Origin: an uncultured Clostridia bacterium
Lineage (GTDB): Bacteria > Bacillota > Clostridia > Oscillospirales > Acutalibacteraceae
Direction: 5' to 3'
Assembly: GCA_947305635.1 (NCBI GenBank)
Contig: CAMZEG010000001.1
Coordinates: forward strand, 1-58,180
Length of the DNA: 58,180 nucleotides
Shown here: in pieces, positions 47,573 through 55,900 of the stretch
Position numbering within the stretch: the stretch's first letter is position 1
Layout of the letters: each line of letters opens with the position of its first letter
Program-made: the position numbers and the translations under genes
The notes under the pieces: model-generated
What the model saw: the letters and a program-made list of their open reading frames with translations, nothing else
The model's database searches: none
What the model was told of the DNA's origin: nothing

Positions 47573-48265
47573 TTAACCGTATCTGCGGCAGGCGCCGTAT
47601 TTGGAAAACGCCTGCTGCCGTATGCCGTCGGTCTGGATGATGTCCCGGATCACGTCCGGCAGAAAGGCGTCGTATTTGACCTCCAAAATCATGTCGTGCG
47701 GCGTGTCCGTCGCCGTGATGTCGGAGATCTCTTTGGTGAGAAAGTCCCGGCTGTACAAGCTGGTGCGGATCTGCATGTCAAACGTCACGCGGATGTTTCC
47801 GGCTTTGTAGAGATAGGGCTCGCGCAGGTAGGAAACCACCACGCGGGGCCGAAGCCGCTGAAAGCGCATCTTCGCGTACAGTTCGTGCACCAGCTTTTCC
47901 GGGTGTCCCGGCATCCAGCTGAGATCGCCGCCCAGCAGCCGCCGGCATTCCTCCTCGGTCAGCGGCGCTTCGTACTTGAGACAAAGAGAATCGATCTTCA
48001 TCTTCTTTTCGAGCCGGATAAAGGACAGGTCGTCGTTGTAATACCGGATGCGGAACTTCTCCCGCTTCTGAACGCCGTCGATCTTTTCCCGAAGCGCCTT
48101 GTCGTCGCTGTTGTCGAAGTAGATGCTGCGAATCAGGTACCTGCCGTCGGGGAGCGTGTGCGGGTCGACGGTCATGACCGCCTGCAGCCGCCGGCGCATC
48201 ATGAGGTAGTCGGTGTACGGAATCGCGAACTTGAGCTCATGGCGGTAATGCTTTTCCTGAACCAT
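47573..48265 (-). CDS. VTC-domain (CYTH/triphosphate-tunnel-like) polyphosphate polymerase domain protein
   Basis: YRHELKF..., IRSIYFDN and KREKFRIRYY are typical of bacterial VTC domain proteins. AAAGGAGG RBS present. Confidence 0.85.
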   Translation of the reverse strand: MVQEKHYRHELKFAIPYTDYLMMRRRLQAVMTVDPHTLPDGRYLIRSIYFDNSDDKALREKIDGVQKREKFRIRYYNDDLSFIRLEKKMKIDSLCLKYEAPLTEEECRRLLGGDLSWMPGHPEKLVHELYAKMRFQRLRPRVVVSYLREPYLYKAGNIRVTFDMQIRTSLYSRDFLTKEISDITATDTPHDMILEVKYDAFLPDVIRDIIQTDGIRQQAFSKYGACRRYG

Positions 48266-48296
48266 AGCTGCGTCCTCCTTTCGTTTTGCTGAGGCT

Positions 48297-48328
48297 ATTC
48301 TATTCTTGTCACTTGAAATGAACTTGAA
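48297..48328 (-). promoter_or_regulatory. Predicted response-regulator box A plus -10 element for the VTC-DUF4956-CotH operon
   Basis: Minus strand reads TTCAAGT-TCAT-TTCAAGT (11-bp phased direct repeat), then 8 nt, then TAGAAT. Confidence 0.6.
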
Positions 48329-48339
48329 GCGATTTTAGA

Positions 48340-48380
48340 AAAATAAAAAAAGAATCGGGAGACCGTAAACAGTCTCCCAC
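48340..48380 (-). terminator. Terminator after the histidine kinase gene
   Basis: gggagac..gtctccc hairpin, followed on the minus strand by a T-run. Confidence 0.6.
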
Positions 48381-48385
48381 ATTCC

Positions 48386-49645
48386 TTACATTGTTACTCT
48401 TATTGTCATGGTTTTGCCGCTTGGGCAGCTCGCCGTGATCGTGCCGCCGTGGGTTTCAGCAACAGCTTTCGCGATTGCGAGGCCGACGCCCGTACCACCC
48501 GTCTGGGTCGCGCGGGAAGCGTCCGGCCGGTAGAACCGGTCGAACAGCCGGTCAACGTCAGGCGGCTCCTCGAGCTGGCAGGTGTTGAACACCTCGATAC
48601 GCACCTTGCCGCGCTTGCGGTGCAGCGAAAAGCGGATCTCGGCGTTCTCGTCCGAGTATTTGATCGCGTTATCCAGAAGCACGGAAAGCATCTGCTGTAC
48701 CGCGGCCTTTTCGCCGAGCATGGTCACGTCGTCCTGGATATCGACGGTCAGGTTCTTGCCGCTGCCCTTCGCCTGCGGCTGATAGACTTCGAGAATCTCC
48801 CACGCCGCGTTGCTGACGGAGAAAAGCTCCTTGTTCGGCAGCGGAAGCTCTTCGTCCAGCCGCGAGAGCGTCACAAGCTCGCTGACGAGCTTCGTCATGC
48901 GGCCGGTCTGGTTGCGGATGTTGTCCGTCCATTCGTCTTCGCCGTGCTCCAGCTCGATCACGTCCACGCTCGTGGAAATCGACGTCAGCGGCGTCTTGAG
49001 TTCGTGGCTCGCGTCGGTGATAAACTGCTTTTGCCGCTCGATGTTATGTGCGATCGGCTTGATCGCCTTGCCGCTCAAAAGCACGACCAGCACGAAGACC
49101 AGCAGCAGACTGACGCCGGAAACGGCGATCGTCAAGATCCGCAGCGACCGCATATATTGCAGATCGCGGCTCACGTTCAAAAAGAGGACGACCGTTTCGC
49201 CGTCTTTCTCCTCCACAACGTAGCGGTACTCCTTCAGATAGCCGCGGTCGCTCTTGCGCGAGAGCGCCTGCTGCGCGTACTGCACGGCGTCGGTTTCGTC
49301 TACGGACGCGATGAAGTCCGTGGAGGTCGAGGTGACTGTCCCTTCCGCGTCGAACCGCACGAAGAAGAAGCGCGTCATATAGTTCGCTTCCACGTCGGGG
49401 AAATCCGTGATCGGCGCCGGGGGTCTGCCGTCCCGTTCGCCTGGGCCGCCGTTGGTTTCATCACGCGGCGGGGGCGCCCGGTCGGCGCGCGACTCAAAGG
49501 CCATCACACTGGACAGCGTCTGGTCTGCGTTGTCTGTCACAACGTAATAGTCGACGACATTCACGAGCACCGCAATCAGCGCAACAACCGCAAAGAAGGC
49601 CGCCATCGCCGCGGCGATCAGACGCCAGCGCATCTTTTTCAGCAT
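48386..49645 (-). CDS. Sensor histidine kinase (two TM segments, extracytoplasmic loop, HisKA and HATPase domains)
   Basis: H-box FITDASHELKTPL, N-box LLDNAIKY, and G-boxes GGTGVGLAIAK. Confidence 0.9.
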   Translation of the reverse strand: MLKKMRWRLIAAAMAAFFAVVALIAVLVNVVDYYVVTDNADQTLSSVMAFESRADRAPPPRDETNGGPGERDGRPPAPITDFPDVEANYMTRFFFVRFDAEGTVTSTSTDFIASVDETDAVQYAQQALSRKSDRGYLKEYRYVVEEKDGETVVLFLNVSRDLQYMRSLRILTIAVSGVSLLLVFVLVVLLSGKAIKPIAHNIERQKQFITDASHELKTPLTSISTSVDVIELEHGEDEWTDNIRNQTGRMTKLVSELVTLSRLDEELPLPNKELFSVSNAAWEILEVYQPQAKGSGKNLTVDIQDDVTMLGEKAAVQQMLSVLLDNAIKYSDENAEIRFSLHRKRGKVRIEVFNTCQLEEPPDVDRLFDRFYRPDASRATQTGGTGVGLAIAKAVAETHGGTITASCPSGKTMTIRVTM

Positions 49646-50316
49646 CCGACCACCTCCAGCGCGTACCCCGCGCCGCGGATCGTCTTGATCTCCACGTCGG
49701 CGTTGAGATTGCGCATCTTCCGGCGGACAAAGCCGATGTGCGTCCAGACGACGTTGATGTCGGATTCCGTTTCGTAGCCCCAGATCTTATCCATCAGGTG
49801 CTCCGTTGAAAAGACATAGCCCGGATGCTGCATGAACAGCTCCATCAGCTGGTATTCCTTGTTGGTCAGGCTGACGCTCTCGTCGCCGACCCGCATCTCG
49901 TAGCGGTTGCCGTCGAGTTCCAGATTGCCGACCTTTTTCAGCGATTCCGCATAGCTTTCGCTGCGTCGGGCAAGCGCCTTGATCCGCGCGATCAGCTCCT
50001 GCGTCGCGAACGGTTTCGGCAGATAGTCGTCGGCGCCGGCGTTCAGCCCCGCGACACGGTCTTCGACCTCCGCCTTCGCGGTCAAAAGCAGCACAGGCGT
50101 CGGAATCCGGTTTTGCCGGATCAGGGAAAGCACCTTCAGCCCGCTCATGCCGGGCATCATGATGTCGAGTACGATCACTTCATAGGAACCTGCCTGAATG
50201 TAGTCCCAGGCGTCGATCCCGTTATGTACGATGTCGACGGAATACTTTGCTTTTTCAAGCAGGAGCTTGATCGCCTTTGCCGTCGAGACTTCGTCTTCTG
50301 CGATTAATATACGCAT
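49639..50316 (-). CDS. OmpR/PhoB-family response regulator
   Basis: MRILIAEDE.., receiver Asp in VLDIMMPG, and a winged-helix C-terminus ending ..IRGAGYALE. AAGGAGG RBS present. It overlaps the HK start by 7 nt. Confidence 0.92.
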   Translation of the reverse strand: MRILIAEDEVSTAKAIKLLLEKAKYSVDIVHNGIDAWDYIQAGSYEVIVLDIMMPGMSGLKVLSLIRQNRIPTPVLLLTAKAEVEDRVAGLNAGADDYLPKPFATQELIARIKALARRSESYAESLKKVGNLELDGNRYEMRVGDESVSLTNKEYQLMELFMQHPGYVFSTEHLMDKIWGYETESDINVVWTHIGFVRRKMRNLNADVEIKTIRGAGYALEVVGC

Positions 50317-50338
50317 GGTATCCCCTCCTTTTGATTGT

Positions 50339-50370
50339 ATTATAAAAGTGAAACCTGAATTGAACCTGAA
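50339..50370 (-). promoter_or_regulatory. Predicted response-regulator box B plus -10 element (autoregulation of RR-HK)
   Basis: Minus strand reads TTCAGGT-TCAA-TTCAGGT, then 8 nt, then TATAAT. Confidence 0.6.
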
Positions 50371-50461
50371 AAAGGTAAAACAATTTTCAAAGGGAAACGG
50401 CACCGGAAGCCGAAGCCGCCGATGCCGTTCGAAAAAAGGAGAGGAGAGAGGTAAATCTGAG

Positions 50462-52021
50462 TTATCCGATGCCGAACAGGTTGCGGAAGAACGCGATGAT
50501 GCGCTGGAAGAAGCTCCGGATACCGTTCAGAAAGTTCGAGCCGAAGCCGCCGCCCTGACCGGGCTGCTGCCCGCCGGGACCTCCGGGGCCGCCCTGATTG
50601 CCGGAAGATGTGGTAGCGGTGGAGGAACGGGCGTTGGATTCGCCGTTATAGACGCTGTAGAGCGTGCCGCTTTGCACGGCGGGCGACGTGAACACAACGT
50701 AGCTCGCGTTGCGCGGCGCGGCGGATTTTGCCGTATAGACCACGTTGTTGCTGTCGTCTCTGATTGAGATCTTGTTGCCTGCGGTCACGATATTCGAGCT
50801 GACGCCGCCGATCATCCCGCCGAACATACCGCCGCCGGAACCGCCGAACGTGACATAGGTGCCGATATAGCTTTGCTGCATCATGGCGTGGCCGACCGCG
50901 AGCACCGTCGCGCCGCTGAAGGTGCAGCCGTATTCGGTATCGATCGGGTCGCCGTCGCCCTGCGCGGGTGCGTAGACCTCGAGCGTGCCGCCGGAAAGCG
51001 TGGCGCTGCCGTTGGAATCGATGCCGTCGCCGTTCGTCACGTTGATATAGACGTAGCCGCCGTATTGGTTATAGGTAAACTGTTCGCTGCGTTCGGAAAT
51101 GTCTCCGTTCGCCGCGTTGATGCCGTCGTCCGTGGCGTTCACGGTGACGTTGCCGGAATAGACGTTGACGGTGGAAGCTTCGATGCCCTCCGCCGCTTTG
51201 GCGACATTGATCGTCGGACCTGCCGTGCCCTGTTCGCCGATATTGAGCACAAAGTCGCTCTTGATGCCGTCGTCGATCGCGTTGACGGTGATGTTGCCCG
51301 AAAGGATGTTGAGTGTCGCTTCCGCCTTGATCGCGTCGGTATCGGTCACATGGTTCGTCACGGTGATGGTCGCTTCCTTGATCGTCAGGACGGACGTTTC
51401 GTCAAAGGTCGGCACGGTGCCGTCGCCCTGGTCGGCACTGCCCTTGATGCCGGTCTTGCCGTAGGCGTTCACAACCAGCGTACCCGTGCCGCAGATCGTC
51501 ACGTTGGAGCCCGCCTTGGTCTTGATGACCGCGTTTTCGGCGGAGCCGCCGTGCGCATCGTCGTCGGTGTTGGCCGGGTACAGCTCGTCGTTGTTGTACT
51601 TGCTGTCGGTCAGGGTGTTGGTCGTACCTGCAGCCACGACGATTGTGACGCCGGTGCTCTTGTTGCAAAGCAGCGGAGCGGTGTTTTCCGTCACGGTCTC
51701 GCTCGAAGACGTCAGCGTCAGACCGTTCAGGACAAGTACCACGTCGGTCGTCCCCTTCTTGACCTTGATCGAGCCGTTGGTGCAACTGCCGGAGACAACG
51801 TAGGTGCCCGCGGCATTGATTGTCAGCGCGGTGCCGGTGATCTTGTAGCCGGTGTAGTCGCCCGCCGTCACGGCGATGCCGCTGTCGGAGAAGACGAAGC
51901 GCGTTGCGCCCGTCAGGTCATAGTCGTCCGCCGCGAAAGACAGCAGTGCGGTCGCCGAGAGCGCGAGCAGCAGCGTGAGCAGGACGGCTATCGCTTTTTG
52001 GAGTGTGCGTGTTTGTTTCAT
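50462..52021 (-). CDS. Cthe_2159-family carbohydrate-binding beta-helix protein, secreted
   Basis: Signal peptide, then ITGTALTINAAGTYVVSGS.., repeated ..ITVNA.DDGI.. turns, a Gly/Gln-rich linker and the C-terminal tail FFQRIIAFFRNLFGIG. AGGAGG RBS present. Confidence 0.75.
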   Translation of the reverse strand: MKQTRTLQKAIAVLLTLLLALSATALLSFAADDYDLTGATRFVFSDSGIAVTAGDYTGYKITGTALTINAAGTYVVSGSCTNGSIKVKKGTTDVVLVLNGLTLTSSSETVTENTAPLLCNKSTGVTIVVAAGTTNTLTDSKYNNDELYPANTDDDAHGGSAENAVIKTKAGSNVTICGTGTLVVNAYGKTGIKGSADQGDGTVPTFDETSVLTIKEATITVTNHVTDTDAIKAEATLNILSGNITVNAIDDGIKSDFVLNIGEQGTAGPTINVAKAAEGIEASTVNVYSGNVTVNATDDGINAANGDISERSEQFTYNQYGGYVYINVTNGDGIDSNGSATLSGGTLEVYAPAQGDGDPIDTEYGCTFSGATVLAVGHAMMQQSYIGTYVTFGGSGGGMFGGMIGGVSSNIVTAGNKISIRDDSNNVVYTAKSAAPRNASYVVFTSPAVQSGTLYSVYNGESNARSSTATTSSGNQGGPGGPGGQQPGQGGGFGSNFLNGIRSFFQRIIAFFRNLFGIG

Positions 52022-52072
52022 GGGTATTCCTCCTAAAAGATACAGGATCGGGTTTTCGTTCTTTCTGTCTCT

Positions 52073-52104
52073 ATTTTGCAATCGGAAGCTGAAATGAAGT
52101 TGAA
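52073..52104 (-). promoter_or_regulatory. Predicted response-regulator box C plus -10-like element for the Cthe_2159-family gene
   Basis: Minus strand reads TTCAACT-TCAT-TTCAGCT, then 8 nt, then CAAAAT. Confidence 0.5.
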
Positions 52105-52188
52105 AAAAGAAAAAATATTTTCAGTTTTTGTCATCCACTGATCTGTTGCGCCGCAATGCCTCGACCATGCGGCCCTTTTATAAATAAC

Positions 52189-52224
52189 ACAAACGTCCAT
52201 GAGACTACTCTCATGGACGTTTGT
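52189..52224. terminator. Perfect 16-bp-stem hairpin (insulating terminator or element-end structure)
   Basis: acaaacgtccatgaga ctac tctcatggacgtttgt. On the minus strand a T-rich GTTATTTAT follows. Confidence 0.4.
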
Positions 52225-52360
52225 CTGGTGCGATTGTTCTTAAGGGATTTTCAAAACTATACAATTTGGCTTTCGACAGCGAACATACACTTACCCTCAA
52301 ATCCAACCATGAAAAACTTAAATTTCCCAAAACAAATGGTACAACACGGAGGTTAGTGCT

Positions 52361-52711
52361 ATGAATATGAATAATACTCACTGCGATAGTTTTAACAACC
52401 CAAACTTGGTTTGTTCTGAACAAGAACACCCACCCCTCGGCAAGTACGGCAGGATGCGCCGAACATACCTCAAAGAAAACTTCCCCGCAAAATACAACTG
52501 GATGGTCTGGCAGGACGCCCTTTGGCCGCATCTGCATCAAATCGACGCCAAAGCCGACGAACTGTTCAGAACGATTGTTGGTCAGATGGCGAAAGCCCGT
52601 GGCGTCAACGAACAGCTCAAGGCGGACGATCAATGGCGCTGGATTCAGGAGATGGGAAACATCCGCAACGTGGCGGAAGAAATCGTGCTGCGGGATGTGG
52701 TGTGCGCATGA
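52361..52711 (+). CDS. tnpV: TnpV-family protein (accessory protein of Tn4451-type mobile elements), orphan
   Basis: 116 aa. LGKYGRMRRTYLKENFP...QMAKARGVNEQLKADDQWRWIQEMGNIRNVAEEIVL matches my recollection of TnpV. The local region is lower in GC. GGAGG RBS present. Confidence 0.65.
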   Translation: MNMNNTHCDSFNNPNLVCSEQEHPPLGKYGRMRRTYLKENFPAKYNWMVWQDALWPHLHQIDAKADELFRTIVGQMAKARGVNEQLKADDQWRWIQEMGNIRNVAEEIVLRDVVCA

Positions 52712-52775
52712 ATAACCAGCCATCTGCTGATTGCAAGTACTATTATCATAATTATTAAAAGCACTTCATCATACC

Positions 52776-52813
52776 AAAACGCAATCGTCTGGCAACCGGC
52801 GGTTGCGTTTTTT
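52776..52813 (+). terminator. Terminator after tnpV
   Basis: aaaacgcaa...ttgcgtttt stem followed by a T-run. Confidence 0.55.
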
Positions 52814-52844
52814 ACTGTGTACTTTCTTATGTATTTATGAAAGA

Positions 52845-52889
52845 TCGACAAACAAAAGGTGTCTCCCCCCGACCGAAGCCGGGGGGAGA
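52845..52889 (-). terminator. Terminator after the 1160-aa surface protein gene
   Basis: 10-bp stem tctccccccg/cggggggaga. On the minus strand CACCTTTTGTTTG follows. Confidence 0.6.
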
Positions 52890-52922
52890 AACAAGAGGAG
52901 ATTGAGATGAGGAACGATCGAG

Positions 52923-55900
52923 TTAGAAGAGGTTGCGGAAGAAGTTCAGAATCCGGTCAAAGAAGCCGCGGATGGTTCTGATGATGCGCTGGAAGAAGTT
53001 TTCGCTCTTCTTGCCGATCACACTGCCGGTTGCGATCTTTGCGCCGCAGCCCTTGCAGTAGGTGTCGCCGGTGTAGCCTTCTTCTTCCGTTGTGGCTTCC
53101 TTCGCGCCGCGGACTTCCGTGCCGCCCTGATGGTTGTTCGCGTTGATCGGCGTTGCGCTGCCGGTTGCGATCTTTTCGCCGCAGCCTTTGCAGTAGGTGT
53201 CGCCGCTGTAGCCCTGTGCATGGCAGTTCGCCGTCACAGCGCCGCGGACTTCCGTGCCGCCGGAGTGGGTCGTGCTCTTCGGCGTTGCGCTGCCGTCTGC
53301 AATTTTGGTGTTGCAGCCGAGGCACCACGTGTCGCCGGTGTAGCCGCCGTGGGCGCAGGTCGCGTCCACTTTGCCGCGCACTTCCGTGCCGCCCGTATGG
53401 TTCGTCGGATCCTTTTCGCCTTCCGCGGCTTTTTCAATCACAAGGCCGCAGTCTTCGCAGACTTTGCCTTCGCTCTTGGCGGGCGTAGTACAGCTGCCCT
53501 CAACTGCCGGAGAAACGGCCACGTTCGCATGTGCGCAGGCAAGCGTCTTCAGAATGTCGGATTCCTTCAGCAGTCTGCAGGCGACCGGAATGAGATCTGC
53601 CTTGCGGTTATTGATGCTGACCATGTTGCGCGCCGCGATGCCCTGATCGCTTTCGGCGCCGGTAAAGGTCTGCTGAACGGTTTCAGACGCCGGATAAAGC
53701 TCTGTCTGAACCGTATCGGGGAAGAAGGCGTCCACAATGTAATCGGAAGCATTGATCAGCGCCTTGGTCACGGGCACGCCGCCCGCAATGGCGTCTTCCT
53801 TCACTTCAAAGTAGGCAAGCAAGTCGCCGAAATCACCGTCGGCTGCCTTTGTGAAGAGCGCTTCGTTCATATCAACAAGACCGGTGTAATTCGAGAACAT
53901 GGAGTTCATCGGCAGAACCGCATCCGCGATCTTGCTCACCTTCAGGAGCGCACTGTCAGAAGCGGCGGGAGCAACCGGATAAAGGATCAGCCCGTCGGTC
54001 AGATCCAGGAAGCGATCCGCCAGAGCGCCGAGGGTGGCTTCCCAGTTCGCGCCCTTGCTGACGGCCAGCTTAAAGTTCGCGTCGCCGATCTGCAGATCGA
54101 AGTCTTCGTTCAGCGCTGCGATCACTTTGTTGATTGCCGCGTTGATCTTCGGCACCGCAAAGTCTGCGGCTTCATAGAGGATGTCAACGACCTTGTCCAT
54201 CACAGCATCCTGTGCGCTGATCGTGCCGGCGTCAACCGCCGCAGCGTCAATGGCTGTATATGTGTAATCCCAGCCGTCGATGTCAACCTTGGCAAGCAGC
54301 TTGGAGAGGATCATATCCACCGCGGTGGCGATGATGGCGTCCAGCGTGTCAAGGTCTTCCACACGCATATGGAAGTCATAGAAGATGCTGTCCTCGTCGT
54401 CTTCGGCAAGCAGGTCGCAGGCGATGCGGATGCCGCAGTCCAGCGCATTTTCAACGGAAGAGAAGTCCATATCATAGACCATGCCGGCGTTGAAGCCGTG
54501 GGCGGAAGCGAACACATTGCTGATGCCGGCAGTTTCGGCAAGGGCAACGAAGGTGTCGCGGTCGATGTACTGCTTCATCGTATCGAACAGGCCGGAGACC
54601 TTGTTGCAGATCTTCTGAAGGTTGCTGTAAAGGTTGGAGTTGTCGCCATCCACAAGGTCAAGATCAGCCATGCCGGCGTCGGAAGCGATCATGTCCACAA
54701 GACCGTAAAGGATGTGGTTGGCCTGGCCGACAACGCCCTTGTATGCGTCATAGTTTGCCGAAACGTCAAGCAGTGTGTCGTCATATTCCGCTTCGGTGTC
54801 GATATAGCCGACCAGCTTCTTGACCTGTTCCAGTTCTTCGATCACGCCGTCCAGACCGTTCATCACGATTGTCACAAACGCGGGGTCTTCCAGCATGCTG
54901 GGATTGCCGAGGGCGGTCTTGATGGTGTCAATGACCATCTGGTCAGCATCAATGCCAAAGGACTTCGCAAGATTGATCATGGAGGCGGCGGAGCCCCAGT
55001 CCACCACGGTTGCATCCGGATTCAGCAGATCAACGTCTGCAGTCGCAGCAATCGGCGCCGTAATGTTCACCTTTGCGGTGGCGCTTTCCACTTTTGCCTG
55101 AACAGCAAAGGAATCGGTATCCTGATACGCCTTGTAGGAGAAGGTCGCGTCTGCATCGGAAATACTGAACGCGACAGAGACGTTTCCTGCGCTGAAGTTT
55201 GCGCCTTTTCCGTTGATTCTTGTAACCAGTTCGTTCTTGACTGCGTTTTCAACATCGTCCAGCTTGATGTCAAGATCAAGCAGCTGCGTGTCGCCCATCG
55301 CCGCTTTGGCAATGAAGTGCTTACCCCACGCTTCGCCGACGCCGCCCACAAGCGCCTGATCTTCGGCGGACATTTCGGAATTCTTTTTCACTTCGACGCC
55401 GATCTCTTCGTCAGCATACTGATCCAGCATATCCTTTGCCTGATCGTTTGCATAGATGGTCGGCATATAGTCTTCGGCGTTCGGACTCGACGGATGATAA
55501 GTGGCATAAACCGGATTGTTTTCATGCCCGATCGTCAGCGCCGGAGGATCGATGTTCACACCTGCCGTGATAACCTGGACCATGCCCTGCAATGCTTTCA
55601 GGAAACCTTCCAGCAGATCGTCAAACTGGCCTTTATAATCGTTTTGCAGCAGTCTGACATAGTCCTTCACCAGCGTGTAGACATCGGTGGTTTTCAGGTT
55701 GAACGCATCGTAAGCGGTTTTGGATGCTTCCGTTTTGAGGAGATCCTTGAGCACCGGTGCGAGCGCAGCCTTGATGCCGTTGTTCAGCGTGTCGTCAAAG
55801 ATTTCGCCGTCAGGGATCTCATAGCCCATTTCGCGGGCGATCTCGCTGACAAATTTTTCCTGAATGTTGTTCCCGATCAGATAATCGTCATAGAAATCGC

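Noticed and set aside
44698-53420. Tandem repeats considered as a CRISPR array or non-coding satellite
   Set aside because: The repeats are in frame inside long ORFs (33-nt and 135-nt units encoding peptide repeats). They have no unique spacers of CRISPR-like size, and no cas genes are present.
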